From Epiperipatus broadwayi (taxonomy: Eukaryota; Animalia; Onychophora): 64,000 nt of DNA. The stretch lies in assembly GCA_028023455.1 (NCBI GenBank), contig JAQFVV010000005.1:8246001-8310000 (forward strand), written 5' to 3'. The position numbers were made by a program, and so were the translations under genes. A model generated the notes under the pieces. That model was not told the origin of the DNA. It saw only the letters and a list, made by a program, of their open reading frames with translations, and searched no databases. Of this stretch, positions 50,950-62,235 are shown in pieces (position 1 is the stretch's first letter; every line of letters starts with the position of its first letter).

Positions 50950-52250
50950 TATTATCAACTGACATAATTAAGAAGCTGGGTGAAATCGCCATTACTCGAT
51001 CTGAGCTACTGTTACTTTCATCTAACTTCCAATAAATTAATGGGCATATAGCTTATTAGAAATACAATCACAATGATCATTCTTGGAAACCAAAGTTGCC
51101 TGGATGAGAATCACTACCAACCTATAATGAAACAAAATAAATATTAGCATTGTTAAAACATTTATATATGCTGGTGTATAATATTTTTGAAGCAATGGTT
51201 CATTTTAACATAGTTTTGTTATAAAAATGAATTTATTTAATGATTGGAAAAAATATTTTAAAAAATGAAATGCATGAAACATTTAAATTATTCTTAATGA
51301 GAATTAGTAAAAATTTATATTCCTATAATTAACACAGTCCATCCTTAAAAGATTAAATTTTGAAAAAAGCCATTCAATGATGAAATAACATGGTCAACTA
51401 TATCATAGAATCAGAAAAAACTAAAAGAAAAACAAGACACATTATCCATAGACAGAAACTAATTTAAAAAGTTAAGAATACCAGATATATATATAGCATA
51501 AGCTTTACTGACAATAACAAAGATATCAATTATATTAATAATGTAAAATTATAGAAGGATTTTAGGATAATGAGTTTCCAGGAAAGGAAGTGATATATAA
51601 ATAATAAAAAAAAGCATATAAAGACAAATTAGAATAAATGAGCTAATTGTTTATTGAAAAGAATTGATTGGGACAGCATGTGTAGACAATGATCCCACAC
51701 AAACTATATATATATGTGAAAAATTCAAGAAATAATTGAAAACCGCAGTTAAATGCAAATAAGATAAAAATGAGAACAATAATAAGTTGACTTTAAAAAT
51801 ACTTGTAAAAACATAAAAGAAAAAACTTTGTTCCCTTTAAATCAGTTATCAATAATTAAGTGGCCCATTAATTAACAAATACATGATTTGGATTTTCAGT
51901 ATTAAAGTTATGTTTGTTAGACTATGGTATTCACTACTTTCTCAGACTTTTTGGATAAGACAAGTTAGCAAAAGAAACAATGTTACTCATAGAGAATATC
52001 ATCCACCGAGAATATACAGAGTTCTTGATTCAATCATTCATTGTTTTTCGGAATTTATTCTTATTTGAGAAACCATCATGCTTGGAAAATTTGAAAACAA
52101 AAGAAAAAAGGATTAGAAACATGGTGAGTGTAATCAAATGCACAGTGAAAGTAAAATACTATATTGTATACTTGCTAAGATTATGTTAAATAGAACATCC
52201 TAGTTACAAAATGCAAGTATTTCAATCAATTAGATAATCTGTTGTGCTCA
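50950..52250 (+). pseudogene. Decayed CR1/L2-type LINE (APE endonuclease plus linker)
   Basis: IAITRSEL...NFQ*INGHIAY*K (cf. IAITETWL...FxIxGYxxYRK) and IDWDSMC...KIQEIIEN (cf. IDW..V...F..KxxxII). Many stops. Confidence 0.42.
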
Positions 52251-54529
52251 ATCACCATTAGGGTGCTTGAATGTCAGATGACCCTCAGAACAGTTAGCAT
52301 ATAATTATAGAAGCAAAATATTTAGAATAAATATCTACATGATCACCAGATTTAACAGCAAACTATAGCTAATCTAATTATAAAACAATAGACACATCCA
52401 TAATTAATAATCACTTCTGGGGAAAAAATTCAGTATCACAGAATAAAATATATATGCACATAAACATGTTAATATTAAACACTAAGGTGTAAATCTTATG
52501 TTCACATGCATGTACCCTAAAATAAATATAATTATGTATGTTATCCTAATTGTTCAATGCATTTGTTTTCAGCTTGAAGATAGATTGAGGTAATTTAAGT
52601 AGCACAGAACAATGACCATGTGATTCTTGATTGTCATTAGTGATACTTTGCTATATATATGCAAATATTTAGTACGGTTTACATGTTTTAGATATTGTTT
52701 ATGTATATATGTATGTGTCTTTACTATATAGCAATTTTAAAATTCGAGAATGCAATATTTAATGTGTAAAAAAGAAAAGTGTACAGAAAATCTAAATTCT
52801 TAATTTATATCAAATTACTTTTCAAAATTATATATTTAAAATTAATTTTTATAAAAAGTAAGCAATTCTAAATTGGGCAATAAGATATTTAGGGGGAAAA
52901 ATGCAAGATTATCAGTCACAAATTAAATTCTGATTAAAACCATGCTCTTGCTAAAGTATTATGTAATATTTGAGTTAATTAATCTTTTATTATTTCAGAT
53001 CCTTTAATATTCATTATCAGAAAAATGACTTAATTCATGACTAAACATTCAAGGTGTGTTCAATATTAATTTAAATTATTCAGAACTATCTGCTCAAACT
53101 ATTTTATAATCAAGTCATACTATTTTTTTTCTATGAGTTGATGTTTTCTATTTAAAACAGCATTCCCAATCTAGGATACAAACCAGGAAATTTAGGAGTA
53201 CTGTATATAAAATAAATTAAATAATGGAAGAATATGCATTATTAATTTACAATGATATATGAATTAAGTTATTATTAATTCAAATTATTGATTTCACTTC
53301 TCAAAATTTTCTGCTGTGTAAATATTAGCATAAGTGCTTTATTATTCTGACATCAAACAATTATTTTTTAAATTTGAGATATTAACCATATTCTCTCCAT
53401 ATTTTACTTACATTTGAAAATGGAATATATAATACAACTTATAAATTATTTAAATAAATAATCTTATCATATTTTCTTTTATTTGCATGCCCTCTACAAA
53501 CAAAGATATTTTAAAATCTAATACTAATTCTTACTTCATTAAAATATTTGGTATTGTTGTAATTTGTATTTTGTTGATATTTATAGAGTAAACAGTGAAC
53601 ATTAATATCATTAATTTTAACAAAATTGAAAGTTCTGAAATGAAATATAATAATTGAGTGGTTTTCTTCATTATTTAACCTTAAAAAAATGTTCACTTCT
53701 TTGCTTTGATAGTTAGGCAAGTGGTAGAGGATTCTTCCTTAAACAAGGTATTGGGAATATATTTTTATAATGCATATGCTAACATGCCCCTCAGGTTCAA
53801 CTTTCATTCTCCCCTGTTTCATTAAATCTGAGTACTCATTATTGGTATATATATATATAAGTGAACATCTCACCCAGTCTTGTATCATTTTAAATTATAA
53901 ATTCCTCCAATGCTTTTTAGTTCCATTACTGGGCTATTTATTTACAAACACAATATTTAAATTTGAAATAACAGCAGTTATATTAATGACAAACATTTTG
54001 CTAATATGAAATCTAATTTATGGAAATGAGTTGCCAAGAGGTGAAGTAAAAAAAAAAGGCTGGTATTTAATAGGACAAAATTTATTTTTCAAGGCAAATG
54101 TTTAAAAATATTTCTGAATCAATTATCTTTATAAGTTTTCAATTATTGAATTAATTCTAAGCGCAGAATCCAAATCAAAATAGTTTCATTACTTTGTATA
54201 ATCTAAATGTTGTGTTAATCAAAAACTTCATTAAAAGCTATACTTCAATGCAATAACATTATGGATGTAATTATATTTAATATGCTTAAATTAATTAGCT
54301 TTATAGTCTAATATTGCATATGATCATGCATAAAACAACTTCTTAAATGAAGTTAGAAGTTTTGGTGTGTAAACTGTATGCCCAGAGGATACATTTAACA
54401 ATCCACTACTATGAGTACTTTTTTATATAACTCATCTACTTTTTTCCCTTTTATTACTGTTTCAGACATACAATCACTAAATCATCCTGCCAGCACCGGC
54501 ACAGTACTTTTACTTCTATTCCATTTTAA

Positions 54530-55000
54530 AGTGGTATAATTGATATGATAAAAAATGGCTTTACTCAGAAATCAGAAGTTTCTGTGCAGTTAGTCAAGTT
54601 GAGCATTTTCTGTCCTGAAACTGTTATATATTGCAAAACAACACATTTACTTTTTACTCTTTGTCCTTATTCTTCCAGCATTATCTTTTTATTTTCTATT
54701 CTGTATTCATAAAAACTGTTTCATTAATTATACTGTCTCATCTTCAAATTGTACATACTTGTAGTTGAAAAAAATATAAAATCTCAATTTTCTCATTCTT
54801 TTTATTTTTATGTTTCTCCTAGTCTCCATATGATTTATTCTGATAGTCTTTCAACATCTGCTTGATGGAATGTAAAATGAAATCTCTTAAATGACATTTG
54901 TGTATAGGTTATTAGTGCAAGAATCTTGTTAGCTATATTAAATATCCCCTCCTCATAAAACCATTATATAATACAATTACAAAATCATTTTATAGTCCTG
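54530..55000 (-). pseudogene. Possible piggyBac C-terminal remnant
   Basis: IRTIK*...WFYEEGIFNIA (cf. RRTxRW..xFYGMLNIA) and KCVV...VKPFF..YH (Cys-rich-domain-like). Weak and frameshifted. Confidence 0.28.
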
Positions 55001-55039
55001 ATTCTTTTTCATCTATACCATTTTGATAAATGTTGTTTT

Positions 55040-55420
55040 GTTAGTTCCACTATTTCATCATCACATTCTATATTTTCATTATAAAAACCTAAAATAAATA
55101 AAATCTTTATTTTTTGTGCCATTTATTTTTACATTTCTTGTATTCTCACACAACTTATACTGATCACTTTTCAACACTCCAAAAATAAATGTTCAATATC
55201 TTCACATAAACTACATTCCAGATCCTTATTCTATTTTCCTGATATCTAAAACTCCTATCCTTGCACCAAATAACAATAAGCTCCCTTTAATATTATCAAA
55301 TACTCTTTTATACCAATATATTTTTTATCCTTATATAATTTCAACCTATTTTTTTATTCATATTTGTGTTCAGCATCTATTAATTTTTCTCTATAACAGT
55401 TATCTTGCCTCTTTTTTCAT
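55040..55420 (-). mobile_element. Older copy of the RTE-X-like LINE 3' region (decayed homology may extend toward ~56700)
   Basis: VFDNIKGSLLLFGARIGVL (cf. IYDNSKESSLLFKARTDL), CSLCEDIEHLFLEC and VELTKQHLSKW (cf. IELTKIMLWKW). Confidence 0.68.
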
Positions 55421-57339
55421 TCCTCATAATTATATACCTGTAGTACATTTACTACAATTATCCCAATTTCTTTTATAAATATATAAAAATGAACTGTCAA
55501 CTTATTAACTTGGTATGCAGAATATTAAAACAGGCAAAACTCTCTATATGTATTGCCACTTATGAACACACATAAGAAATGGTGATCATGTGATGTTTGT
55601 ATGCAGAATATGTTTGTTGTCTCTTTCGCACAATCCAACTGAACACTATTTTTACTAATATATTTTCATTTATATATAAGAACATTCCTAATATTTTTAA
55701 TAGCCCAGATTAAAAAAATTTCATCCTATTTTCTTTCAATATTTTCAAATGCTAATTACAACTCATTATATAAATACATATTTATTTATTTCTTTTTGTA
55801 CTCTATCTAAAAAATGTCCAAAATTTTCTGGAAAATACAAAGAGCCTTATTTTCAAATGTCAAAAGAAGTACCATCAACTCTTTCCAAATTATTCTGTAT
55901 ATCTCATATTTATTATAAAACAAACGCAATATATTTTTTTTTACACACTAATTCCCACTATGTGTATAATTCTTTTTTCCATTTAATATAGTACATAAAT
56001 GCTATAATATTCCACTTTTTAAGGACAATTATCTTCCATTTTTCATCCTTTAGTTTTATTTTTCCCCTTAAATACAGGTTATCCTAGATATTTGTTCAGC
56101 TAATTTAATTTTCACATTTCTTTTCACTTCTCCATACTTCAATAATAGCAGTTCCACATCCTTTACAATAATTTCAAAAAATATCCTACCATTCACAGAA
56201 AAATGGGCCACTATATTAGATATTCTCTAACATTGACACATTCTCTTTATTTCTCCTAACTCATTGTAACTTATAATGTAAAATGGCTTCTTAGCAGTCA
56301 CAAGTTTTTGCTCATAGACTACACATCTAGAGATCCTGTTAGCCAAATTAAATATTCTCTCCTATGAAACTAGAACATTTTCAGTGGGAATCCCTACTCT
56401 ATCTCTCAAAAATAAAATAACTAATAAAGATGATAATGAATATCTATTTCAATCCAATGACACATTTAATTTCTACTTACAATTTAATTATTTTTAATAA
56501 TTTTCATTTTATTCTAAAATTTTGAAGATCTCTATAAATCTATTGCTATCCATCCTATCATAAACTTTTCCTATATCTAAAAAAGAAATAAAAATAGTTT
56601 TTCTTATAAAACATTTCAATAAACTAAAATATAAATGAATAAATTATATCCTATTTGCCTATCTAAATAAAATCCATTCAGAATCTTTCCCAAAATGTTA
56701 TTCTTCCAAGTCTTAATCCGATGTAATAATATATATGTGAATGGTGGAATGTTTACAAACCATAAAACTTATTGCTTCCAGTCTATAGCTAATTAATAGC
56801 CCAAACTTTTTCCTTTTCCTATTTTATAAAATACTGTATATCAGCACTTATTATTTACATCAATATAAATTTCTTAGTTTGCTGTTAACTAGAAAAAGAA
56901 CCTTTAATTTCTTTTTGTGGCTTTAAAGGAACTGGGCAGGCAAATTCCTAATATCCATTCCAAATATACATGTTACTGCAGATATTATTATTACATGATT
57001 ATTCATATAGTAAATGAACATAAATAGGCTGTTCACCAATGTACATCAGGTGATCAAGAAATACCATGGTTTCATTTCAATAGCGTGATAGTTTTAAATG
57101 ACATATCAGTTGAATTTTATTTATGGGAGAATGAATGTCTGTATGAATGATTTCTTCTTTTTTATTAGATATTTACAATTATGGCAGATAACACTATATC
57201 ATGGCCTTTAATTCTAGAAGTCTGTAATATTTCAAGCCTAGGTAGTTATTGGAGGTGAAGAGGATGCTAAGAATACCTGATTTCTAATCTAGGATAACAT
57301 TTGATGCCCTTTTATTTAGATATCTACATTTGCAGATCA

Positions 57340-57965
57340 CTTTCAAGTGAAGAAAGATTGTGCAAATTGGAACAAGAACCATCTAAAATTAGATGGTAAA
57401 GAGACAATTGATTTAAAAAAAGAAAATATTTACTACAATGGTATAAATATTGGAAACACAAATGGAGTGAAATTCATGGTAAATAAAATGTGGAAGAACA
57501 TCATGGAAATTGATGGTCAGGCAGAGTGTCCGAGTGACAAGAGTAACAATTCAACTTGATGGAAGAATCAAATGCAGGTAATTCAGGTTTATGCCTAAAC
57601 TAGTTCTTATAGTGATGATGAAAATACAGGGTTTTTATAAAGATATCCTGAAAATTCTTTTGATCAGATCAAACAACATTTTTAAATGGTCATGGGAGAA
57701 TATAATTTAATACTAAAATTGGTAAATGATTGAAAGAGGAAAGTGTTGTGGGTGAATTTGAAGATGGTAATAAAAATGAGAGGATACAGACTTGTGGAAT
57801 TAACAGAAAAAGAAAAACTATATATTATGAATTTTTTTTTTGAGAAAAATGCTAAAAGGAAATGGATATGGAAGATCTAAATGAAGTTCCTGCAAAATTG
57901 GAGTGTATTTTGACTAACAGAAAATCAGAATTTTTTAAGATTAAAATGTTCTGAATAGCCTCAAC
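57340..57965 (+). mobile_element. RTE-clade LINE, APE endonuclease part (left piece of a split element)
   Basis: NGVKFMVNKMWKN, MQVIQVYA*TSSYSDDE, MVMGEYN, VGEFEDGNKNE, KLYIMNFF.EKNAKRKWIW, CILTNRK, VLNSLNT are collinear RTE APE motifs. Confidence 0.87.
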
Positions 57966-60700
57966 ACATGAGATATACGATATGTTGTAACAGTCAGAAT
58001 CGTCTATCTCGCTAACACACTGCAGAATTCAAACCCCAAACTCAAAACTGAACATTCTAGGAGGGATTGCCTTCTAGATGTACTAAGTTCGAATCTAAAG
58101 TCCAAATTTCACAGCGCCATCTACGTGATAACGCATCTGATGCCACTACTCGTATAACCTTTGACCGGTGTCTGGTGGTCAGGGAGAAACAAAAGTCTCT
58201 ATACTAAAAGAAGTTTGGGTGGCTAATTAACGTCTATGGATTTACAAAAGAAATGCAGGAAATATATATATAGACTGAGACAGTGATAGGAATCAATAAA
58301 ATAAGAGATCAAATTTAGTTTAAATGATTTCACAAAATTTATTTATATAAAATATATATATAACGCCACTGTCTGCTTATATGAGACAGGGACGCATATT
58401 AAATAATTGTTGGCATTATGTTCCAATAAATTAAAAAAAAGGGTTTTAAAGCAAAGTGATATAATCTATTCCTCGGGCTAATAGCATTACGATAATGTGC
58501 TTGATGAAATAGGAACATGTGCGAGGTGCTTTGAGTAATTATACAAGTTTAAGAAAATATTTGAAATTAAGTGTTATAAAATATTTATTGATTTCAAGAA
58601 TAGCACGGACAAAAGCTTACTAAGCAACAAAGTGGGAATGGGATCAAGGCATTTATTTGATAATAATATTAATAGAGTTACATTGGGAGGTCAGTATTGC
58701 TGATAATGAATTTATTAAAGTTGGAGGGTGTGACACGTTTAAGTCACGGATGCTTTGTAAAATAAATATAAAATAAAACAATATTGTATATCCGGAATGA
58801 TTACGGAGGGCATATCCCCGCTAACCCGTAAGAAAGTATTTTATGAACAGCCGAAACTTAGCGACTGGATGACGATTGCATTTAATTCCCAGGTGTTTCA
58901 TTTGGGGACACACTCTGCCTGGAAACCACAAAAGGCGAAGAGAACGGCCTTAGCCGTGTAAAGAATCCTTGGAAAATAAAATAAAGCGGTCTCAACAACC
59001 AATTCATTTACCAGCAATACAAGACGAGTGTATACAAAACATACTGAATGGGTTTTACTTGGATTAAGAGAAATGCCCAATCAAATTCCCAGAAATTCAT
59101 TTAAAAGGATCCGCACATTCTCGATGTCAATGATGAACTTTGTAATTAAAGTAGAACACAGTAATTAAAATAGGAAAATGCAGGCTTGCGGGTTTGAAAA
59201 GTAAGTATAGATTTATATACGCAATCATGCATTAAGGGACACATTTAATCATTGACCTCACACATACTCTCATCTTAGATTAAAATCAATAACATGTAGA
59301 TTTTAAACTATGTGATTATATTATATATTAAAGAAAAGAATCGCCCTCGAACGAGTGATTTGCAAGATAATAAAATTGGAAAATTATTTAGAAATTTAAA
59401 ATATGCCTTTATAGCGGCGTCTTAGTTTCAACAAAAGGAATAATTCACTCGGTCAAAGACGATTCTGACACATTATCATAATAAAATAACAGAAAGCTTA
59501 ATCAATAGAAAATATTAACCCAAGGATAGAGATCAAAATGTTGAGTATATTTAAACACGTTAAAGAAATACATAATAAAGTTATGTGAAGTATCAGAAAA
59601 CAATTTAGAATAGCTATAGCATGTTAGTTGTCACAAGAGCTCTTGGGTTAATTTAGGGTTACCTCTGGAGAAGCATTTTTAGGTAGATTGATGGTCGGCA
59701 GGTTTTTTATATAAATTAACAGCAAAATCTGGAAATGTTCATATTTTGGCAGCAGCAGCAGTTCTGGGGTTCTTTATGTGATAGCTTCCGATGGTGTGGA
59801 GCAGCGGCCGGCTATTCCGAGGGGACATAGCCATCTTGACGCCTCTACTCTGTCATGTCAAGGTTAGCAAATTATTAGCATAGAACTCAGAATGATTTCT
59901 CTTAGAAACATTAGAAAAACTCGAGAACAAAAGAAAACCCTTCTTTTTATAGTGGACTTTAACAATAGAACTGCCCTGGAGCATTACAAAATATATCAGA
60001 CTTATCAGCTGTAATTAAATCTATCCGAATGTCTAAAGGAATTCAACATTAATTAATTTCTTTTGTTAATTTCCCTGTCGACATTCGAATTACAAACTAG
60101 ATTTAATTAAAAATTACTTTTACTAATTAAAGAAAACCTTAAGTGGACAGCTGCTGTTTTTAGATAAACTTATATAACATTAACTAATTAAACTATTGTC
60201 CCTCATTTATTTTAACAGAAATATTTGGGATAACTTTTATTAAATTAAACGAAAATTATTTTACTTTTACATTGCAATATTTGAATCTATTTACTAAACG
60301 AATATTTACTAAATGAGTTTTATTTTAAATCAAAATATATTACGACGGTAATATATTTGTAAATAGATTCAAACAAAATAACTTTAACAATTTATAATTT
60401 TGATATGTTTTAAAATGCATATCATAGTGTGTGCGCAATTACAACTTATATAACCTACTTTTTAATAAATCAAAATTATGTGAACATATATATAATCTAT
60501 AATTTTTTATTTTATTTGGGAATGAGTTATATATATAATACGAGCATTATGTTCGTGGTTTAAAATTAGGTGGGATTTTCGGTATATAAGCGTATTGCAG
60601 ACACACTACGATAGATTGGGGTTCAAACTAAGGTATGAGGGTAGGAAATAGGTGAGAAAAGGTGAAACGAATATCTGCAAAGCAGACCTTACTGTTTCAA
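57966..60700. other. ~2.7-kb CpG-rich segment of unknown type lying between two collinear RTE pieces
   Basis: RTE homology stops at VLNSLNT (~57967) and resumes at CVNAKLEM (~60702). The intervening DNA has many CpGs and no recognisable long ORF. Confidence 0.45.
58112..58127 (-). promoter_or_regulatory. CTCF-like motif (CACGTAGATGGCGCTG)
   Basis: Close to the AGATGGCGC core of the bilaterian CTCF consensus. The same word also occurs in TE subtermini, so this is weak. Confidence 0.3.
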
Positions 60701-61807
60701 TGTGTTAATGCAAAACTAGAGATGACAATTATTAATAAAGTCAGTATTAATGAGTGATATTCATAATTTTCAGAAATACTTCAAAGAATTTTAATTAAAA
60801 CTAACTAATTAACAGACTTTGAAGATGGTTCAGACTCAATTGAAATCAATAAAAAGATAACTAATACTCTACTAAGATCTATGACAAAGATAGCTATTAC
60901 AAAAAAGTAGCAGTTTACCAGTAAATTTTCTTCTGAAACAAATTAATGTTTGAAGAAAAGAAAGAATATAGAAATTTCAAAAATCAGTTGAATATCTCGA
61001 GTTTGATAAAGTAATATTAAAATAAAATTAATAATGTTAAAAGAAAATAGAATTATGAATTGGCAAGCATAACTATATAAGAGAATGAGAATTTCAAATG
61101 TGCAAAACAACATGTTGGCATTGAAGGAAAGTTATTTCTATAATAAGAAGAGAAGATGCAACTATTACTAAAAAAAAGATATGTGTAGATAAAGAATTAT
61201 ATAGTAATAAAGAACAAGAAAACAAAGTATCCTCTTTAAATTTTCAGAATTACCCAGAATTTTAAATGAAGAAAGTTTTTATTTAATTAAATATAAGAAA
61301 AAAACTCCAGGAAATGAAAGCATATGAAAATATAGAAAAGTTGTTGACAAAGTTATATATCAAATGTCCAAATGATAAAAATGTACCATATTATTGGAAG
61401 AATTCAGTAATAATATTTATATTTAAAAAAGATATTAGAAATTACAGACTTATCAGTTTTTATCAGTTCTATACAAAATTTTATCAAGATAATTACAACT
61501 CATTTAATGAAAACATTGGGTCTTCACCAACCCCCCCCCCCCAAAAAAAAAAAAAAAAAACAAAACAAACAAGCTGAATTTAAAAGTGATTTTAGCACAG
61601 TGAACCACATCCAAATATTAAGAGAAGTTATATAAAGGACCAATAAATATGAATTGCTATTACAGTTTGGATTTATAGATTATAAAAAAGCATTTGATTC
61701 TATAAAAATGTATAGAATGATTAAAGTATTGAATCATCAAAATTATAGATCTGGATGTCATATTGTGAAGAATATTTATCAAAATATAGTAACACTGATC
61801 ATTAAAT

Positions 61808-62235
61808 CACTGGCCATCACATAAACCAATAAACATTACAGGATCACCATTGTTTACTGGTTTAATACCAATCCTGTCCAATAGGATTATGGTGACTGTG
61901 TTTATTAAAAATCTAAAGACACCAAAAAGTATGGATGCTGAACTGAGTTTAGATCTATACAACTATACAAGTTAATGAGTTTGAATTGAAAACATTATTA
62001 TGCTTTCATTTTGGACTCAAAGCTTTATAGTTAGTTAATAAGGTAAAAGGTGGCTTCTGGAGGATTACATTCTGCAGTGCTCTCAGATCCAAGACACCTC
62101 ACTGATGAAAGCCACAGCTAGAAACCAGTCTGGGGATATTGGATGAGTAGGCACCAGATGGGGATTTTTTGCGCAAACCTTCTTGCATCCACTACTATGT
62201 AGAGAGTTTAGTCTCTGTGTAAACAATAATAATAT
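61808..62235 (+). mobile_element. ~430-bp non-coding insertion carrying a hammerhead ribozyme and a short (AAT)n tail
   Basis: Interrupts the RTE RT between ...TLIIK and LCGYKEINIEK; ends aacaataataat; contains a multi-stem domain and a hammerhead. Confidence 0.7.
62087..62144 (+). ncRNA. Type I hammerhead ribozyme with extended stem I and GUC cleavage triplet
   Basis: AUCCAA..CCUCA-CUGAUGA-a-AGC(caca)GCU-a-GAAA-C(CA)G-UC^UGGGG..UUGGAU. Intact core; stem III CCAG is one CpG-type change from the palindrome CCGG. Confidence 0.78.

Noticed and set aside
58898-59080. 60-aa ORF as a host exon or RT fragment (GISLNPSKT)
   Set aside because: One short RT-thumb-like word with no flanking RT motifs and no clear splice signals.
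59800-59830. HDV-like ribozyme (minus-strand ccctcg loop)
   Set aside because: No room for the P2 strand between P1 and P3; only a simple hairpin is supported.
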